Shown: positions 11,616 through 22,940, counted from the first letter of the stretch. The stretch is 64,000 bases of DNA from Candidatus Eiseniibacteriota bacterium (GCA_043810925.1 JBDRNT010000037.1:1-64000), one strand, 5' to 3'. The notes: generated from the letters alone by a model not told the origin. Numbers and translations: made by a program.

Positions 11616-12494
11616 ATGGCAGGAAGAATTCCATCGTGGCTGAAATCGGATCTGCCCGGCGGCCAGTCTCTTAAGAAAGTGGCCGCTGTGGTTTCCTCCA
11701 TGAAGCTGAATACCATCTGTTTTGAGGCCAGATGCCCGAACAAGGCTGAGTGTTTCAAGGGGGGCTCAATCACTTTTTTGATCCTCGGCAGGAACTGTTC
11801 GAGACATTGCGGTTTCTGTAATGTAGTTGCTGCACTGCCCGAGCGACTGGATGGGGGAGAACCGGAGAGAGTAAAACAGGCGTGTTCCCTCCTCGGACTT
11901 GATTACGTGATTCTGACCTCCGTTACGAGGGATGATCTCCCCGACGGGGGTTCAGACCACTTTGCGAAGTGTGTACGTCTGATCAAAGAGGACGGGGACA
12001 GTCCGACCGTGGAGGTTCTTATCCCGGATTTCGGTGGGAGCCTCGAATCGGTGGAACGGGTGGCATCGGCCGGGGTCGACGTCCTCGGTCACAACTTGGA
12101 AACAGTCGAGAGACTTTACACTACGGTGCGTGATGAGGCCGGCTACGGCCGGTCACTTGGCATCCTGGATCATGTGAAATCCAGATTCCCGGGTTTGGTT
12201 GTCAAATCCGGTCTGATGCTGGGTCTCGGTGAGGAAAGCGAGGAGGTGAAATCAACCCTCAAGGATCTGGCGGACGCCGGTTGCGACATAGTCGTGGTGG
12301 GGCAATACATGCGCCCATCGATGACGCACTTACCGGTGCAGGAATACATCGATCCAGCGGTGTTCGACGAGCTCAAAGATTACGCACGTGAACTTGGACT
12401 CGTGGGGGTTTGTGGGCCCAAGGCCCGTAGCTCCTATCTTGCGAAAGCAGCTTACAACGCGGCGAGGCTAAGGAGGCAGAAGAGATGCGCATAG
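11616..12494 (+). CDS. lipA: Lipoyl synthase
   Basis: CxxxxCxxxxxC and CxxxCxxC motifs, TSVTRDDL, HNLET, RSSY. Confidence 0.95.
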   Translation: MAGRIPSWLKSDLPGGQSLKKVAAVVSSMKLNTICFEARCPNKAECFKGGSITFLILGRNCSRHCGFCNVVAALPERLDGGEPERVKQACSLLGLDYVILTSVTRDDLPDGGSDHFAKCVRLIKEDGDSPTVEVLIPDFGGSLESVERVASAGVDVLGHNLETVERLYTTVRDEAGYGRSLGILDHVKSRFPGLVVKSGLMLGLGEESEEVKSTLKDLADAGCDIVVVGQYMRPSMTHLPVQEYIDPAVFDELKDYARELGLVGVCGPKARSSYLAKAAYNAARLRRQKRCA

Positions 12495-12856
12495 AAATTA
12501 CTGCACGTGAACTTGAACTGACCGACAGCATGAGAGAACACATCGAGGAGCGACTGACCAAACTGAGAAAGTACTTCGAAGGGGTGCTGGAATGTCATGT
12601 GTACGCGCACCTCGAACGATTCATATACAAATTTGAAATAAAACTCCACGGAACCGGGTTCGACCTCTTCGCCGAGGCCCATGCCGAAGATCTTCACGCA
12701 GCGTTTGAGAAAGCTGCGGAGAGGATGGAGCGGCAGGTGAAGAAACAGAAAGATAAGATCAAAGACAGAAGAGGCAAGAAACCGGGTATCCCGATCGCAA
12801 TCACCGATGAATTCGATGAAGTCGAGGATGTTGCCGAGGAATACGAGGGCACATAG
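12485..12856 (+). CDS. hpf: Ribosome hibernation promoting factor (HPF/RaiA)
   Basis: MRIEITAR..ELTDSMR..., DLHAAF...MERQVKKQKDK; rpoN operon position. Confidence 0.88.
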   Translation: MRIEITARELELTDSMREHIEERLTKLRKYFEGVLECHVYAHLERFIYKFEIKLHGTGFDLFAEAHAEDLHAAFEKAAERMERQVKKQKDKIKDRRGKKPGIPIAITDEFDEVEDVAEEYEGT

Positions 12857-12858
12857 GG

Positions 12859-13830
12859 ATGGGGACCACAGAGGTTCTGTTCTCAAAGGTCTTCGAGGAC
12901 TGCAAAGACCTTCTCCGTCTCGAGCTGCTGAATCCGGCAGTCGAACTCGACCGGCCTGTCAGACGCTCAGACTTATCCAGACCGGGCTTGCGGCTCACCG
13001 GCTTTGACGCCGGTTTCAAAGGCGATCAGATCCAGGTGCTCAGTGAGATCGAAATCCTGTATCTTGAGAGCCTCACCGGCGAAGACCGGATCCGGTCATT
13101 CCGCAGTGTTCTGCGTGAGGACGTGCCTTGCCTCGTCGTAGCGGACGGCGGGCGGCTACCCGACCCACTGATCGAAACCGCAACAGCAAGCCGGGTGCCC
13201 GTCGTGTCGACTCCGATCTCCGCCACCGAGGTCGTCCAGGACCTGAACAGCTATCTTGTAGTCGAGCTCGCGGCGGAAACGGGGATCAACGGTACCCTTG
13301 TTGATGTGTACAGCATAGGGATACTCCTCAGGGGCAAAAGCGGTATCGGTAAGAGTGAGTGCGCTCTGGACCTCGTCGAGCGTGGTCACCGCCTGGTTGC
13401 GGATGACCTCGTCCGTGTGATATCGAAGCCTCCGGGGATATTGATAGGCAGGAGTACCGAGCCGCTTCAGAGCTACATGGAAGTGAGGGGGGTCGGGCTT
13501 GTCGACATAGGCAGCATATTCGGTATCAAAGCGCTGCGGAGACAGAAGCGGATCGAGGTGGAAGTCAATCTGAGAGAGTGGGAGAAGGGACGGTCTTACG
13601 ACAGATCGGGACTCGAATATGGGCGGACGGATATAATGGGAGTCAGGATTCCATCGATAGTAGTACCGCTGGTGCCCGGCAAGAGCGTCAGCGTCATAGT
13701 GGAGGTAATAGCACTCAGCCACATCCTGAGATCCTACGGGTACGACGCCGCCAAAACACTCGATGAAAGATGGATCGATCGTCTCAGGGGGCAGGCAAGC
13801 CGGGCTTTCGAGCCCAGGGACATGGAGTAG
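12859..13830 (+). CDS. hprK: HPr(Ser) kinase/phosphorylase
   Basis: RPGL.LTGF, GKSGIGKSECALDL, LVADD, EVRGVG. Confidence 0.96.
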   Translation: MGTTEVLFSKVFEDCKDLLRLELLNPAVELDRPVRRSDLSRPGLRLTGFDAGFKGDQIQVLSEIEILYLESLTGEDRIRSFRSVLREDVPCLVVADGGRLPDPLIETATASRVPVVSTPISATEVVQDLNSYLVVELAAETGINGTLVDVYSIGILLRGKSGIGKSECALDLVERGHRLVADDLVRVISKPPGILIGRSTEPLQSYMEVRGVGLVDIGSIFGIKALRRQKRIEVEVNLREWEKGRSYDRSGLEYGRTDIMGVRIPSIVVPLVPGKSVSVIVEVIALSHILRSYGYDAAKTLDERWIDRLRGQASRAFEPRDME

Positions 13831-13942
13831 GAACGCCGAGATCCAACGGCCTGCATGAGACGGAACACATCCTGCAGGCATGCGGGCCCCGCTGTAATGG
13901 CCGGTTGACTTTTGGCCCGATTCTGGGGCAAGATGGTCTGAG

Positions 13943-14212
13943 ATGGTGGAACAGACAGTTACTATAACGAACATGAAGGGGATTCATCTGAGCGCGGCTG
14001 TGCTGATTGTGAGGATGGCGGCAGCTCATGAGTCCGATATTCGCATACGGCGGGACTCCATCGAGGTTGATGCAAAGAGCCTGTTGGGTTTGCTGGGTCT
14101 GGAGGGGTCCGTGGGCGTCGATGTGGTCATCCTGGCCAATGGGCCGGATGAAAAAGAGGCCCTGAAAGCACTCGTCGGGTTGTTCGAAGCCAAGTTCAAC
14201 GAGGGAGAATAG
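13943..14212 (+). CDS. ptsH: HPr family phosphocarrier protein (atypical active-site loop)
   Basis: His15 (GIH) and Ser46 (DAKS) retained; between hprK and ptsI. Confidence 0.88.
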   Translation: MVEQTVTITNMKGIHLSAAVLIVRMAAAHESDIRIRRDSIEVDAKSLLGLLGLEGSVGVDVVILANGPDEKEALKALVGLFEAKFNEGE

Positions 14213-14217
14213 CGCTT

Positions 14218-15978
14218 TTGGCCGGAAAGACGGAGCAGACATTCAACGGTATCGCCGCATCCCCGGGCATTGCCATGGGCAGCGCGGTCGTGCTGGCACA
14301 GCAGGAACTGGTGGTACCTCAGAGACGTCTCCAACCGGATGAGACCGCGAGCGAGCTGGACCGGCTGATGGTGGCGGTTGAGGCATCGAAGAGCCAGCTG
14401 ATAGAAATCAGAAACGATGTTGCGGGTGACATGGGTGAGTCTTACGCGCGGATCTTCGATGCGCACGTGATGATTCTCGAGGACAAGCGGTCGCTTGATG
14501 ACGTGGTCGGCAGGATAGAGGACGGGCATAACGCCGAGTTCGCTTTCAACTCGGTGTTCCTGCGGCATGAGAAGGAACTGTGGGAAAAGGGAGACGTATA
14601 CATAAAGGACAGAGCAGGGGACATTCGGGATGTGAGAAGGAGGGTCCTGTCCAATCTGTCCGGAATGAGGAGGAGCCCGGGCGATCTTTTGAACCTCGAT
14701 AGCGATGTGATTGTGATCGCCCATGATCTTTCTCCGGCGGACACTGCGCAGATGCGCAAGGAACGGGTGATGGCATTCGGGACCGACATAGGCGGCAGGA
14801 CGTCTCATACCGCTATAATGGCGAGATCGCTCGAGATTCCCGCCGTGGTCGGTCTGAAGAACGTGTCCTGGAGTGTTGCGGACGGCGATTTCGTGATAGT
14901 GGACGGCAACCGGGGAAAGGTCGTGATCTCACCATCATCCGGGACGCTCAGCAGGTACTCATTGGAGATCGAACGCTACAGCAGTTTCACCAAAGGACTG
15001 CTGCGATTCAAGGATCTCCCCGCTGTGACGATCGACCACCATCCGGTCATGTTGTCTGCGAACATCGAATCGCATGAAGAGGTTGAATCGGTTCTTGAAC
15101 ACGGTGCCCAGGGCATCGGACTCTATAGAACCGAGTTCATGTATATAGGCAGGGAAGGTCTGCCCTCGGAAGATGAACAGCGTCGAATATACGAGGCGGT
15201 GGCGGCCGCTGTGAGTCCGGCCCCGGTGATCATAAGAACAATGGATCTGGGAGGTGACAAGTTCCTGTCCGCATTTGAAAGTCCGAAAGAGATGAATCCT
15301 TATCTCGGCTGGCGGGGCATAAGGTTCTGCCTTGCCAGGAAGGACATATTCAAGGTGCATCTCAGGGCGATCCTCCGGGCCAGTGCAAGGGGAAATGTGA
15401 AGATCATGTATCCAATGATCTCAAACCTCGACGAGCTTGTTGAAGCCAACATCGTTCTTGATGAAGTCAAGTCGGAGCTCAAAGCCGAAGGCCATGCATT
15501 CGATAGTGATTGCGAAGTCGGGATAATGGTTGAAACGCCTGCGGCAGTTATGATAGCGCGGGAGCTGGCCGAGCATGTGGACTTCTTCAGCATAGGCTCA
15601 AATGATCTGATTCAGTATGCCCTGGCGGCCGACAGGGGCAATGAGAAGGTTGCCTACCTGTACGAGCCTCTGCATCCGGCCGTGCTCCGGTTCATCAAGA
15701 TGACCATAGATGTTGCCAAGGAATCAGGCATATGGGTCGGTCTCTGCGGGGAGATGTCGAGCGACCTTGTCTGCGCGTTTGTATTGCTGGGAATGGGCGT
15801 GGACGAGCTTAGCGCCAGCCCATACGTCGTTCCCGAGATCAAGGAGATGGTCAGGTCGGTTTACTTCTCGGACGCCCAGGAGGTTGCCGAGCGGGCACTG
15901 ACCATTGCCAGCCCGGCCGAGGTGCGCCGGATGGCGATGGAGAGGATTGGCAAGGAACAACCCGACATGCCGCTGTGA
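14218..15978 (+). CDS. ptsI: PTS enzyme I
   Basis: GGRTSHTAIMAR, GLYRTEF, DLGGDK, NPYLGWRGIR, SIGSNDL, CGEM. Confidence 0.97.
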   Translation: MAGKTEQTFNGIAASPGIAMGSAVVLAQQELVVPQRRLQPDETASELDRLMVAVEASKSQLIEIRNDVAGDMGESYARIFDAHVMILEDKRSLDDVVGRIEDGHNAEFAFNSVFLRHEKELWEKGDVYIKDRAGDIRDVRRRVLSNLSGMRRSPGDLLNLDSDVIVIAHDLSPADTAQMRKERVMAFGTDIGGRTSHTAIMARSLEIPAVVGLKNVSWSVADGDFVIVDGNRGKVVISPSSGTLSRYSLEIERYSSFTKGLLRFKDLPAVTIDHHPVMLSANIESHEEVESVLEHGAQGIGLYRTEFMYIGREGLPSEDEQRRIYEAVAAAVSPAPVIIRTMDLGGDKFLSAFESPKEMNPYLGWRGIRFCLARKDIFKVHLRAILRASARGNVKIMYPMISNLDELVEANIVLDEVKSELKAEGHAFDSDCEVGIMVETPAAVMIARELAEHVDFFSIGSNDLIQYALAADRGNEKVAYLYEPLHPAVLRFIKMTIDVAKESGIWVGLCGEMSSDLVCAFVLLGMGVDELSASPYVVPEIKEMVRSVYFSDAQEVAERALTIASPAEVRRMAMERIGKEQPDMPL

Positions 15979-17045
15979 GGATGCGTGTGATGCTGGACGG
16001 AGATACCCTCAAACTGGATTCATCCGACATGCTCGGCAAGATAGCAGGCACTCCGGATCAGCTCAGAACAGGTTTTGATCTTGGGCGCGAGGCCTGGAAA
16101 CCGCTGGCCGGACTGAAACCGAGTGCGCTCGTGGTTGCAGGCATGGGAGGATCGGCAATGGGTGGGGACCTGCTCCGGAGTTATGCTCTTAAGCAATCAA
16201 AGATACCGGTCACGGTCTCGAGGGGCTACAGTCTGCCGGGGTTTGTGGACAGTGACGCCCTGGTTGTCGTGTCCTCGTATTCAGGTAATACAGAGGAGGC
16301 GCTGGCCTGCCTTGGTGATGCGATTGACAGGAATGCTACGATCGCAGGTATCACCTCCGGCGGTGAGTTGCTTGCCGCGGCCGACAGGCATTCGATGCCG
16401 TGCGTCCGGCTTCCGGAAGGCTATCCTCCCCGGGCGGCGCTCGGGTATTCCTTCGGAGCGCTGCTTGCGCTGGCCGGTCCCGTCGGGTTGTGCGAGACCC
16501 CGGATCAGGATTTGGCCGAGTGCATCGATACGCTGCGAAACCTCAACAAGACTTACGGCCAGGGGGAGTCCTGCGATAACCGGGCCCTCGCGATTGCCGG
16601 GGAGCTTCTCGACAAAACCCCGCTGATCTATTGCAGTGACCAGTTGAGCGCGGTGGGGCTGAGGTGGAAGAACCAGTTCTGCGAGAACTCGAAGAAACTG
16701 GCGTTTTTGGGTCTTCAGCCTGAGATGAGCCACAATGACATAATGGGATGGGAGATCGATGACGAGAGTATTAAGGGAGGGGTGATCATCCTTAGAATGC
16801 GTGGTGAACACCCCCGCATATCACCGAGGTTTGCTTTTCTGGAGGATCGGATACGGGAGCATGGGGCTTTCTGTGGTGAATTCTGGGGCGTGGGTTCCAG
16901 CTTGCTCACCCAGGTGTTTTCACTGATATTACTTGGAGACTATGCAAGCGTCTATCTTGCGCTTATGCGTGGAGTGGACCCCACGCCGATAGCTACGATC
17001 GACGGGCTTAAGGTGCGGATCGGGAAGGAAGGGACGGAACAATAG
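15975..17045 (+). CDS. Bifunctional phosphoglucose/phosphomannose isomerase
   Basis: GMGGSAMGG, SYSGNTEE, PPRAAL, RWKNQFCENSK, PEMSHN. Confidence 0.9.
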   Translation: MRMRVMLDGDTLKLDSSDMLGKIAGTPDQLRTGFDLGREAWKPLAGLKPSALVVAGMGGSAMGGDLLRSYALKQSKIPVTVSRGYSLPGFVDSDALVVVSSYSGNTEEALACLGDAIDRNATIAGITSGGELLAAADRHSMPCVRLPEGYPPRAALGYSFGALLALAGPVGLCETPDQDLAECIDTLRNLNKTYGQGESCDNRALAIAGELLDKTPLIYCSDQLSAVGLRWKNQFCENSKKLAFLGLQPEMSHNDIMGWEIDDESIKGGVIILRMRGEHPRISPRFAFLEDRIREHGAFCGEFWGVGSSLLTQVFSLILLGDYASVYLALMRGVDPTPIATIDGLKVRIGKEGTEQ

Positions 17046-18020
17046 ATGAAAGCGGTAATCCCGGTTGCAGGTGAGGGTACACGGCTGAGGCCCCAGACCC
17101 ACACGACTCCGAAACCGTTGCTCAGAGTCGCGGGTAAGCCGATTCTCGGTCATATTCTTGACGACATAGTGAAACTCGGAATCAGCGAGATAGTGCTTAT
17201 CGTCGGGTACAGGGGCCGGGACATTGTCGAATACGTCAGGTCCGGCTACGACGTGAAGGTCCATGTTGTCGAACAGGGTGAGAGACTTGGTCTTGGCCAC
17301 GCGATATACCTCAGCCGGGAGCATGTCGGTGATGACCGCGTGTTCATAATGCTGGGCGACAGCATATTCAAGGGTGATCTGGCCACCATGGCCGGCTCCG
17401 GAGGCAACTACATCGGGGTAAAGCCGGTTGACGAGCCGCAACGGTTCGGTATTGTGGAGGTCAAGGACGGCAATATAGTCAGCCTGGTCGAGAAGCCCGA
17501 TGTGCCCAAGTCGAATCTCGCGGTGGTGGGCGTATACATGATCGAAGACTCGTCCGCACTCTATTCCGGGCTGGATTCGATCATCAAGTCCGGGATAAGG
17601 ACCAAGGGCGAGTTCCAACTTACGGATGCGCTAAACCTAATGATAGATAACGGCATCACAATAAAAGCATTCGAAGTGGAAGGTTGGTTCGATTGCGGCA
17701 AACCGGAGACGCTCCTTGAGACGAACCGGGCGCTGCTTGAGATGGCATGTCCTAAGGTAGATATTCCCGGGAGCATCATCGTTGCCCCTGTGTACGTGGC
17801 GGAAGATGCAAAGATCGAGGCCTCGGTGATCGGGCCTCATGTTTCCGTAGCGGTTGGCTCGGTGGTCAGAGGATCGATCATCAGGAATTCAATCATAGGT
17901 GAAAACGCGTTGGTTGAAGACGCGTTGCTTGATTCATCACTGATCGGCGACAATGCGATCGTCAAAGGCATGTTCAAGAAGCTGAATGTCGGCGATTCGT
18001 CTGAAATAGATTTCACATGA
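17046..18020 (+). CDS. Sugar-phosphate nucleotidyltransferase (glucose-1-P thymidylyltransferase-like, long form)
   Basis: [23 protein letters not shown]-terminal hexapeptide repeats. Confidence 0.9.
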   Translation: MKAVIPVAGEGTRLRPQTHTTPKPLLRVAGKPILGHILDDIVKLGISEIVLIVGYRGRDIVEYVRSGYDVKVHVVEQGERLGLGHAIYLSREHVGDDRVFIMLGDSIFKGDLATMAGSGGNYIGVKPVDEPQRFGIVEVKDGNIVSLVEKPDVPKSNLAVVGVYMIEDSSALYSGLDSIIKSGIRTKGEFQLTDALNLMIDNGITIKAFEVEGWFDCGKPETLLETNRALLEMACPKVDIPGSIIVAPVYVAEDAKIEASVIGPHVSVAVGSVVRGSIIRNSIIGENALVEDALLDSSLIGDNAIVKGMFKKLNVGDSSEIDFT

Positions 18021-18039
18021 CAAATTGTGGAGGGTTGAA

Positions 18040-19185
18040 ATGACAAAGCAAGACCACCTTTTCACTTCCGAGTCGGTGACGGAAGGACATCCCGATAAGG
18101 TTTCCGACCAGATATCCGATGCTATCCTGGACGCGATCATGGCGGATGATCCGCAGGGAAGGGTAGCCTGTGAGACCCTCGTAACCACCGGGCTGGCTTT
18201 CGTTGCGGGGGAGATTACGACCAAGTGTTATGCCGATATCCCCAGTATCGTCAGGGGTGTCATAAAGGAGATCGGGTATACCGACGCCTCCTTTGGATTC
18301 GACTATGAGACCTGTGCGGTCCTTACTTCAATCGATGCGCAGTCACCGGACATAGCGATGGGTGTGGATAAGGAGGGTGCCGGAGACCAGGGCATGATGT
18401 TCGGTTATGCGAAGAATGAAACGCCCGAGCTCATGCCTCTGCCCATCATGCTTGCCCACCGGATCGTCCGGAAGCTCTCTGAGGTGAGGAAGGACGGGAC
18501 GCTGGACTACCTGAGACCGGACGGCAAGTCACAGGTGACCGTCGAATACCAGGACAGGCAGCCCGTCGCCGTCAGGGCGGTCGTGGTTGCAGCGCAGCAT
18601 CACCCGGATGTTTCCCACGACCGGATGCGGGAGGACATTATAGAGAAAGTCATTAGACAAGTGGTTCCCGCGTCGTTTATCGAAGAGGATTCGATCAAGT
18701 ACTTCGTCAACGAGACAGGCCGGTTCGCGATGGGTGGCCCGCAGGGTGACTGTGGTCTGACGGGAAGGAAGATCATCGTTGACACGTATGGAGGCGTTGG
18801 AAGTCACGGCGGCGGTTGTTTTTCGGGAAAAGATCCGACAAAGGTCGACAGGTCGGCAAGCTATATGGTCAGGTATGTGGCCAAGAACATCGTAGCGGCC
18901 GGTCTTGCGGACGAATGTGAGGTGCAGGTGGCGTACGCCATAGGTGTGGCGGATCCCATATCTGTGATGATAGACACGCACGGAACCGGTGTGATCCCGG
19001 ACGATCAGATGTCCAAGGTTGTTGTCGAGCAGTTCGATTTGAAGCCGCGGTCGATCATAGAGACCCTCAATCTGAGACGACCGATTTACAAGAACACGGC
19101 CGCTTACGGTCACTTCGGTCGGGAGGAAGATGGCTTCACATGGGAAGTGACCGACCGGGCAGACGATCTGAAGAAGTGTATATGA
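18040..19185 (+). CDS. metK: S-adenosylmethionine synthetase
   Basis: [28 protein letters not shown]. Confidence 0.99.
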   Translation: MTKQDHLFTSESVTEGHPDKVSDQISDAILDAIMADDPQGRVACETLVTTGLAFVAGEITTKCYADIPSIVRGVIKEIGYTDASFGFDYETCAVLTSIDAQSPDIAMGVDKEGAGDQGMMFGYAKNETPELMPLPIMLAHRIVRKLSEVRKDGTLDYLRPDGKSQVTVEYQDRQPVAVRAVVVAAQHHPDVSHDRMREDIIEKVIRQVVPASFIEEDSIKYFVNETGRFAMGGPQGDCGLTGRKIIVDTYGGVGSHGGGCFSGKDPTKVDRSASYMVRYVAKNIVAAGLADECEVQVAYAIGVADPISVMIDTHGTGVIPDDQMSKVVVEQFDLKPRSIIETLNLRRPIYKNTAAYGHFGREEDGFTWEVTDRADDLKKCI

Positions 19186-19195
19186 GGAGGTTGAG

Positions 19196-20452
19196 ATGGA
19201 ATACGATGTAACCGATACCGGTCTTGCAGGGAAAGGGAAGCTGAGAATCGAATGGGCGCGGAGCAGTATGCCGGTCCTCAACAAGATAACCAGGCGGTTC
19301 GAGAAGGAGAAGCCGCTTAAGGGTGTTAAGATCTCGGCCTGCCTGCATGTTACCACCGAGACGGCCAACCTGATGATAGCCCTCAAGGCGGGGGGGGCCG
19401 AGGTGCGGTTGTGCGCATCCAATCCCTTGAGCACACAGGATGACGTAGCGGCTTCGCTTGCCGTCAATGATGAGATCAGCGTGTTCGCCCGGCATGGCGT
19501 CGATTCCACCGGTTATTACGAGCACATCAGATCCGCACTTGCCTTCTCTCCTGCGATAACGATGGATGACGGGGCTGATCTCGTTTTCACCATACACTCC
19601 GAAATGCGCGAGCTCGTCTCGTCGGTGATCGGCGGTACCGAAGAGACGACAACGGGTGTGATACGACTGAGAAGTATGGCACGCGAGGGAGAGCTGAAGT
19701 ACCCGATCATCGCCGTCAATGATGCGATGACGAAGCACTTCTTCGACAACAGGTACGGGACCGGCCAGAGCACGCTTGACGGTGTGTTGAGAGCGACGAA
19801 TATGCTGCTTGCAGGTTCAAAGGTCGTGATCAGCGGGTACGGTTGGTGCGGTCGAGGATTGGCGTCGAGAGCGAAGGGTCTTGGGGCAAACGTGATCGTG
19901 ACGGAGGTCGATCCGCTAAAGGCACTCGAGGCCGTCATGGATGGTTTTTCCGTGCTTCCTATGTCGGAGGCGGCCAAAGTCGGCGACCTCTTCATAACGG
20001 TTACAGGCAACAAGTCGGTCATAAGGGCCGAGCACTTCAAAGCGATGAAGGATGGGGCGATTGTCGCCAATTCGGGCCACTTCAACGTAGAAATAGACAT
20101 AGACAAGCTTGAAGATATGAAGACCGGGAAGCGGACAGTCCGCGACAACGTCGAGGAGTACACGATCGGAAAGGGCAAGAAGGTCTTTCTGCTCGGAGAG
20201 GGCAGGCTCATAAACCTCGCGGCTGCTGAAGGACACCCCGCATCCGTAATGGATATGAGTTTCGCGAACCAGGCCCTGTGTATCGAGCACTTGATCGGCT
20301 TGAGTGAGAAGCCTGAGCCGGGTGTATATCCGGTGCCCGAGGATATCGATCTCAAGGTAGCCGAGCTGAAGCTGGACGCTCTGGCCGTGGATATCGACGT
20401 TCTTTCAGAGGATCAGAAGGAGTATCTGGCGTCCTGGAAGTCCGGCACGTAA
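19196..20452 (+). CDS. ahcY: Adenosylhomocysteinase
   Basis: CLHVTTET, SNPLSTQD, EETTTG, FDNRYGTGQS, GHP..VMDMSF. Confidence 0.98.
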   Translation: MEYDVTDTGLAGKGKLRIEWARSSMPVLNKITRRFEKEKPLKGVKISACLHVTTETANLMIALKAGGAEVRLCASNPLSTQDDVAASLAVNDEISVFARHGVDSTGYYEHIRSALAFSPAITMDDGADLVFTIHSEMRELVSSVIGGTEETTTGVIRLRSMAREGELKYPIIAVNDAMTKHFFDNRYGTGQSTLDGVLRATNMLLAGSKVVISGYGWCGRGLASRAKGLGANVIVTEVDPLKALEAVMDGFSVLPMSEAAKVGDLFITVTGNKSVIRAEHFKAMKDGAIVANSGHFNVEIDIDKLEDMKTGKRTVRDNVEEYTIGKGKKVFLLGEGRLINLAAAEGHPASVMDMSFANQALCIEHLIGLSEKPEPGVYPVPEDIDLKVAELKLDALAVDIDVLSEDQKEYLASWKSGT

Positions 20453-20523
20453 GAGATGTCCTTTACCATGAAGTCACTTCGAGGAACTGAGTGACGCCGG
20501 GAAGACATACCACCACTTGCTTT

Positions 20524-21612
20524 TCAGTGTCTTTCGGCTCGTGATATCAGGATGATTCCGCAGATACCAAAGAAGATATTGCCCAGCCATGAGGCAAGAA
20601 CGGGCGGAAGAACCGCCTGATCGCCCAGTGTCTGTCCGACTCTGATGAACCCGTAGTAGACAAAGGTGAGCGAAAGCCCAAGGCCGACGCCCACTGCGAG
20701 GCCTCCTCTGCGTAATCTTGCCGACAGAGGGGACCCGATCAAGACGACGATCAGGTTGGTGAACGGGAACGAGATCTTCATGTTGAGACCGACGCGGTAC
20801 CCGGTGGTTTCGCCGCCGCTGTCGTCGATTCTGGACACGAGGTCCGACAGCTCCCGGTAGCTCATCTCCTCAGGTTTCCGCTGCTCGCGGACTATGTCGT
20901 TCGGGTGGTCACCCAATCTGGAAACCGGGCCCTCGGGAACGTATGCTTCGCGTTCCACCTCACCGTCCTCGGCGAACCATCTTATCCACGCTTCGGAGAA
21001 GACCCAGGTCGATTCCTGCCAGGTTGCCTGCTCGGCGTTGAGTCTGAATACCAGTTTCCCCCGGTCCGATTTCTCAACCACGACATCTCTCATGATATTG
21101 AGTTTCGTGTCGTATTCCGGTGCGAAGTAGAAGACCCCGCTCGCACCACGGTAGCTGATGTTCGTTCTGACCCGGGGTTGCCTCGTCCTCGAGGACTTCT
21201 TGATCTCACCAGCCTTGATATTGCGGACAGTGGAGTTCGCCTCAGGTTCGATGATCTCACTCACACCGAGCGAAAGCGCGCTGGCAACCAGTCCGACGGC
21301 GACAAGCGGGAGCATCGTTCTTGCGAACCTGATACCCGATGCCTTTATTGCTATCAACTCATAGTGCCTCGCCATCTGTCCGACTGTGAACAGACAGGAA
21401 ATCAGAACGGCAATGGGCAGTGTAAGGGTGAAGATGTGTGGTATCTGGAAGGCATAGTACTTGAGTATCGTCGGGATACCGGCATTGTTGTCGACGAAAT
21501 CGTCCACATTCTCAACCATGTCCAGAGTGATGAAGATGGTGATAAAGGCCAGGAGGCCTATGAGAACGGTCCGCCAAGTCTCTGAAAAAAGATACCTGTC
21601 GAGTACTCTCAT
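20524..21612 (-). CDS. lptG: LPS export permease, LptG-type
   Basis: MRVLDRYL start, ELIAIKASGI, KISFPF; ATGA overlap with the upstream paralogue. Confidence 0.85.
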   Translation of the reverse strand: MRVLDRYLFSETWRTVLIGLLAFITIFITLDMVENVDDFVDNNAGIPTILKYYAFQIPHIFTLTLPIAVLISCLFTVGQMARHYELIAIKASGIRFARTMLPLVAVGLVASALSLGVSEIIEPEANSTVRNIKAGEIKKSSRTRQPRVRTNISYRGASGVFYFAPEYDTKLNIMRDVVVEKSDRGKLVFRLNAEQATWQESTWVFSEAWIRWFAEDGEVEREAYVPEGPVSRLGDHPNDIVREQRKPEEMSYRELSDLVSRIDDSGGETTGYRVGLNMKISFPFTNLIVVLIGSPLSARLRRGGLAVGVGLGLSLTFVYYGFIRVGQTLGDQAVLPPVLASWLGNIFFGICGIILISRAERH

Positions 21613-22940
21613 GTCGAATCTCCCCCTCGAAACCTCTTCAGAGTGCAGGGAATGAACGGGAGTTCCTTGTTCGCCCTGATGAAAAAGTACAGCCCGAGAC
21701 CGCCCAGGACTATGTTGGCGGCCCACATGGACAGGAACGGCAATATAAAGCCCCGGTCGGCAAGTTTTTCCCCGGCGCTCAGGAATGCATAATAGACCGC
21801 AAAAAACATTATGCTGATCACCATGCCTCCGCCTGCACCACCTTCCCGGCTTCTCACACCGATCGGTATGCCCAGGAGGACGAACACAGTACACGCGAAG
21901 GAGATCGCGATCTTCTTGTGGGCCTCAACGGACAGCGACCTGATTCGTCGCTCGTGCGAGCTCACCTGCGTCCTGAGCGTGCGAAGTCTCTCAACTGCTG
22001 AGCCGATCATCTTGTTAAATCCCTCACCGGTTTGAGTCCCCGCCGTAGCGGCGGCTGCCGGAGCACAGAGACCGGGCAGGTCAAGCGCGGCACCCCTGAC
22101 CACCTTTCCCACGTCCTGTTCCTGCTCGGCCACCTTCTGCCGGTATTTCGCTATCTCGGCCCTGAGATCGCCTATGCTCATCTCGCGCTCGCCGCGATAG
22201 TCCCTTTCGATCCTGACGAGCTTGCTGCCCGCCCCCGGGATGTTGAGCGTGTGTTCCGTGAACTTCAGTCTCAGGTATCGCTTCGGGTCCTTCTCGTCAA
22301 CATCGTGGATCTCACCGTCAAACAGCCTGATCACGAGCGTGTTACCGTCCTCGGCGAAGAAGATCTCTCCCCGCTCAGCCCTGATGGTCTGTGCCGGCTT
22401 CCTCTCAATCAGTTTGGATATCGTCACGCCTTCGATCTCACTGCCGTTTGACTTGTTGACAAGTATGCTGTATCCCTTGATGTCGTTCATGAAAACACCT
22501 TCACGAAGCTGGAGGGCAGGTTTTTTTCTGTGTATCGAGACCAGCAGATTTGCTAACCTGTGGTTCGTCTCGGGCACCACGTAATTGTGTATGGGGATCA
22601 TGAGCCCGGAAAGCAGGACGGAGGCTATGATAAGGGGCTTGGAGATGGAAGCGAGACTCAAACCGCTGGTTCTCATTGCGACTATCTCATTGTCCGAGGC
22701 CAGCCTCATGAAGGAGATCAGTGTTCCGATCAGAACTGCCATCGGCACGGCCATGACGGTCATCCAGCCGAGACTCAGGCCCAGAAGTTCCATGGCAGCC
22801 GTGACGGGCACCCCTTTACCGATCAAGATCTCGAGATTTTTGTAGAGGAAGTCCAGAATGAGCACGAAGATGATCATGAAAATACCGAACAGGAACGGGG
22901 CTATCTGCTGCGTGAGAATATACCTGTGGAGTGTCTTCAT
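21609..22940 (-). CDS. lptF: LPS export permease, LptF-type
   Basis: MKTLHRYI, RLASDNEIVAMRTSG, HKKIAIS; start ATG 22940. Confidence 0.85.
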   Translation of the reverse strand: MKTLHRYILTQQIAPFLFGIFMIIFVLILDFLYKNLEILIGKGVPVTAAMELLGLSLGWMTVMAVPMAVLIGTLISFMRLASDNEIVAMRTSGLSLASISKPLIIASVLLSGLMIPIHNYVVPETNHRLANLLVSIHRKKPALQLREGVFMNDIKGYSILVNKSNGSEIEGVTISKLIERKPAQTIRAERGEIFFAEDGNTLVIRLFDGEIHDVDEKDPKRYLRLKFTEHTLNIPGAGSKLVRIERDYRGEREMSIGDLRAEIAKYRQKVAEQEQDVGKVVRGAALDLPGLCAPAAAATAGTQTGEGFNKMIGSAVERLRTLRTQVSSHERRIRSLSVEAHKKIAISFACTVFVLLGIPIGVRSREGGAGGGMVISIMFFAVYYAFLSAGEKLADRGFILPFLSMWAANIVLGGLGLYFFIRANKELPFIPCTLKRFRGGDST

